From an uncultured Candidatus Saccharibacteria bacterium (GTDB taxonomy: Bacteria; Patescibacteriota; Saccharimonadia; Saccharimonadales; UBA7683), in contig CAZWBG010000001.1 in NCBI GenBank assembly GCA_964632215.1, forward strand, positions 110,589-174,588: DNA of 64,000 nucleotides, read 5' to 3'. Position numbers and translations under genes: made by a program. A model generated the notes under the pieces. The model was given only the letters and a program-made list of their open reading frames with translations. It did no database searches and was not told where the DNA came from. This document shows positions 63,582 to 64,000 of this stretch, piece by piece (the stretch's first letter is position 1; each line of letters begins with the position of its first letter).

Positions 63582-63663
63582 TGCTGGGAGTAGGATGACA
63601 TCGTGCTTAGTTACTGGTGCTCGGAGTAAACTCCTGCGCGTCAGTAACTTCGCCCGAACCTAC
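63582..63663 (-). repeat. interrupted duplicate of the tRNA-Tyr T-arm / 3' acceptor strand
   Basis: On the minus strand, GTAGGTTCG (63663-63655), then a 58-nt hairpin-forming insert, then ATCCTACTCCCAGCA (63596-63582). The intact tRNA has GTAGGTTCGAATCCTACTCCCAGCA at 63777-63753. Confidence 0.6.
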
Positions 63664-63749
63664 TAATACTCACTGTCGTTCGTTCTTCGTAGACTCAATT
63701 CCTGCCCACATAATGCAATAACATCCCACAAACGCAGGATGTTATTGCA

Positions 63750-63835
63750 TGGTGCTGGGAGTAGGATTCGAACCTACGAAGGCATAAGCCATCAGATTTA
63801 CAGTCTGACGTGTTTGACCGCTTCACTATCCCAGC
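63750..63835 (-). tRNA. tRNA-Tyr: tRNA-Tyr (anticodon GUA), long variable arm, CCA encoded
   Basis: GCTGGGA/TCCCAGC acceptor stem, anticodon stem-loop TCAGA-CTGTAAA-TCTGA, variable arm GGCTTATGCCTTC. Confidence 0.95.
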
Positions 63836-63964
63836 AGGCTTTTGGCTTGAACCAAAAGCAATTATCAGTTTACAATTCAGGCCAAAAGTCTGTGACTTTT
63901 GTAATAACTTTCTGCGAAGCAGGCCTGTATTGCTACCTGTTAACTGCTTTGACTTGTCAAAGCT

Positions 63965-64000
63965 TGGAGCCGCCTCCCGGATTCGAACCGGGGACCTACT
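63965..64000 (-). tRNA. tRNA, 3' portion only (continues beyond the window); identity undetermined (Thr or Gly plausible from the U discriminator and cluster context)
   Basis: The reverse complement reads ...AGGTCCCCGGTTCGAATCCGGGAGGCGGCTCCA, giving a T-arm CCCGG-TTCGAAT-CCGGG, acceptor AGGCGGC, U, CCA. Confidence 0.8.

Noticed and set aside
1-64000. Looked for CRISPR arrays, rRNA, tmRNA/RNase P signatures, IS elements, integrases, transposases, and toxin-antitoxin or restriction-modification operons.
   Set aside because: No spaced direct-repeat arrays were found. There was no GAGGAAAGTCCGG (RNase P) and no tmRNA-like tag or TLD motif. No recombinase-like ORFs were recognised. The only nuclease-fold gene (54466-55206) is solitary.

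Overview
Gene-dense chromosomal window read with the standard genetic code. I found no rRNA genes, CRISPR array, transposase or integrase. The backbone is housekeeping: dnaX-ybaB-recR, dnaB, cysS, a class A PBP, a pyrC-pyrD-pyrF-pyrE operon, and fragments of the ancestral tRNA(Thr/Tyr/Thr)-rpmG-tRNA(Trp)-secE-nusG-rplK-rplA-rplJ-rplL cluster. That backbone, the many small hypothetical membrane proteins, a DUF5665-like protein and a 23S-IVS-type four-helix-bundle protein suggest a small-genome Patescibacteria/CPR (Saccharibacteria-like) organism. The taxonomy is inference from gene content only. The conserved ribosomal/tRNA cluster is interrupted several times by accessory blocks. The most interesting locus is 11.4-15.7 kb. 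There an OmpR-type response regulator and a polytopic histidine kinase are separated by an untracked 38-codon ORF with a Shine-Dalgarno site and a single Trp near its C-terminus. A 589-aa protein with two DDxxD motifs (isoprenoid-synthase-like) plus a terpenoid-cyclase-like repeat follows and overlaps the kinase. This architecture recalls the Bacillus ComQXPA prenylated-peptide pheromone system in a different gene order. Other notable items are: a translationally coupled GT2 synthase / GH18-CBM5/12 pair; a dcd / Tmk-ThyX fusion thymidylate island with a divergent ParB/Srx-like + HAD pair; an orphan ParB-like protein coupled to an unknown 228-aa protein; a recurrent extended -10 promoter placed 6-8 nt from ATG codons (probable leaderless mRNAs); a duplicated, interrupted tRNA-Tyr T-arm fragment; an SRP-like hairpin next to dnaX; an rplJ leader with an attenuator; and N- or C-terminal extensions on L1 and L33. 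All functional calls rest on motif recognition by eye. No database search was possible.
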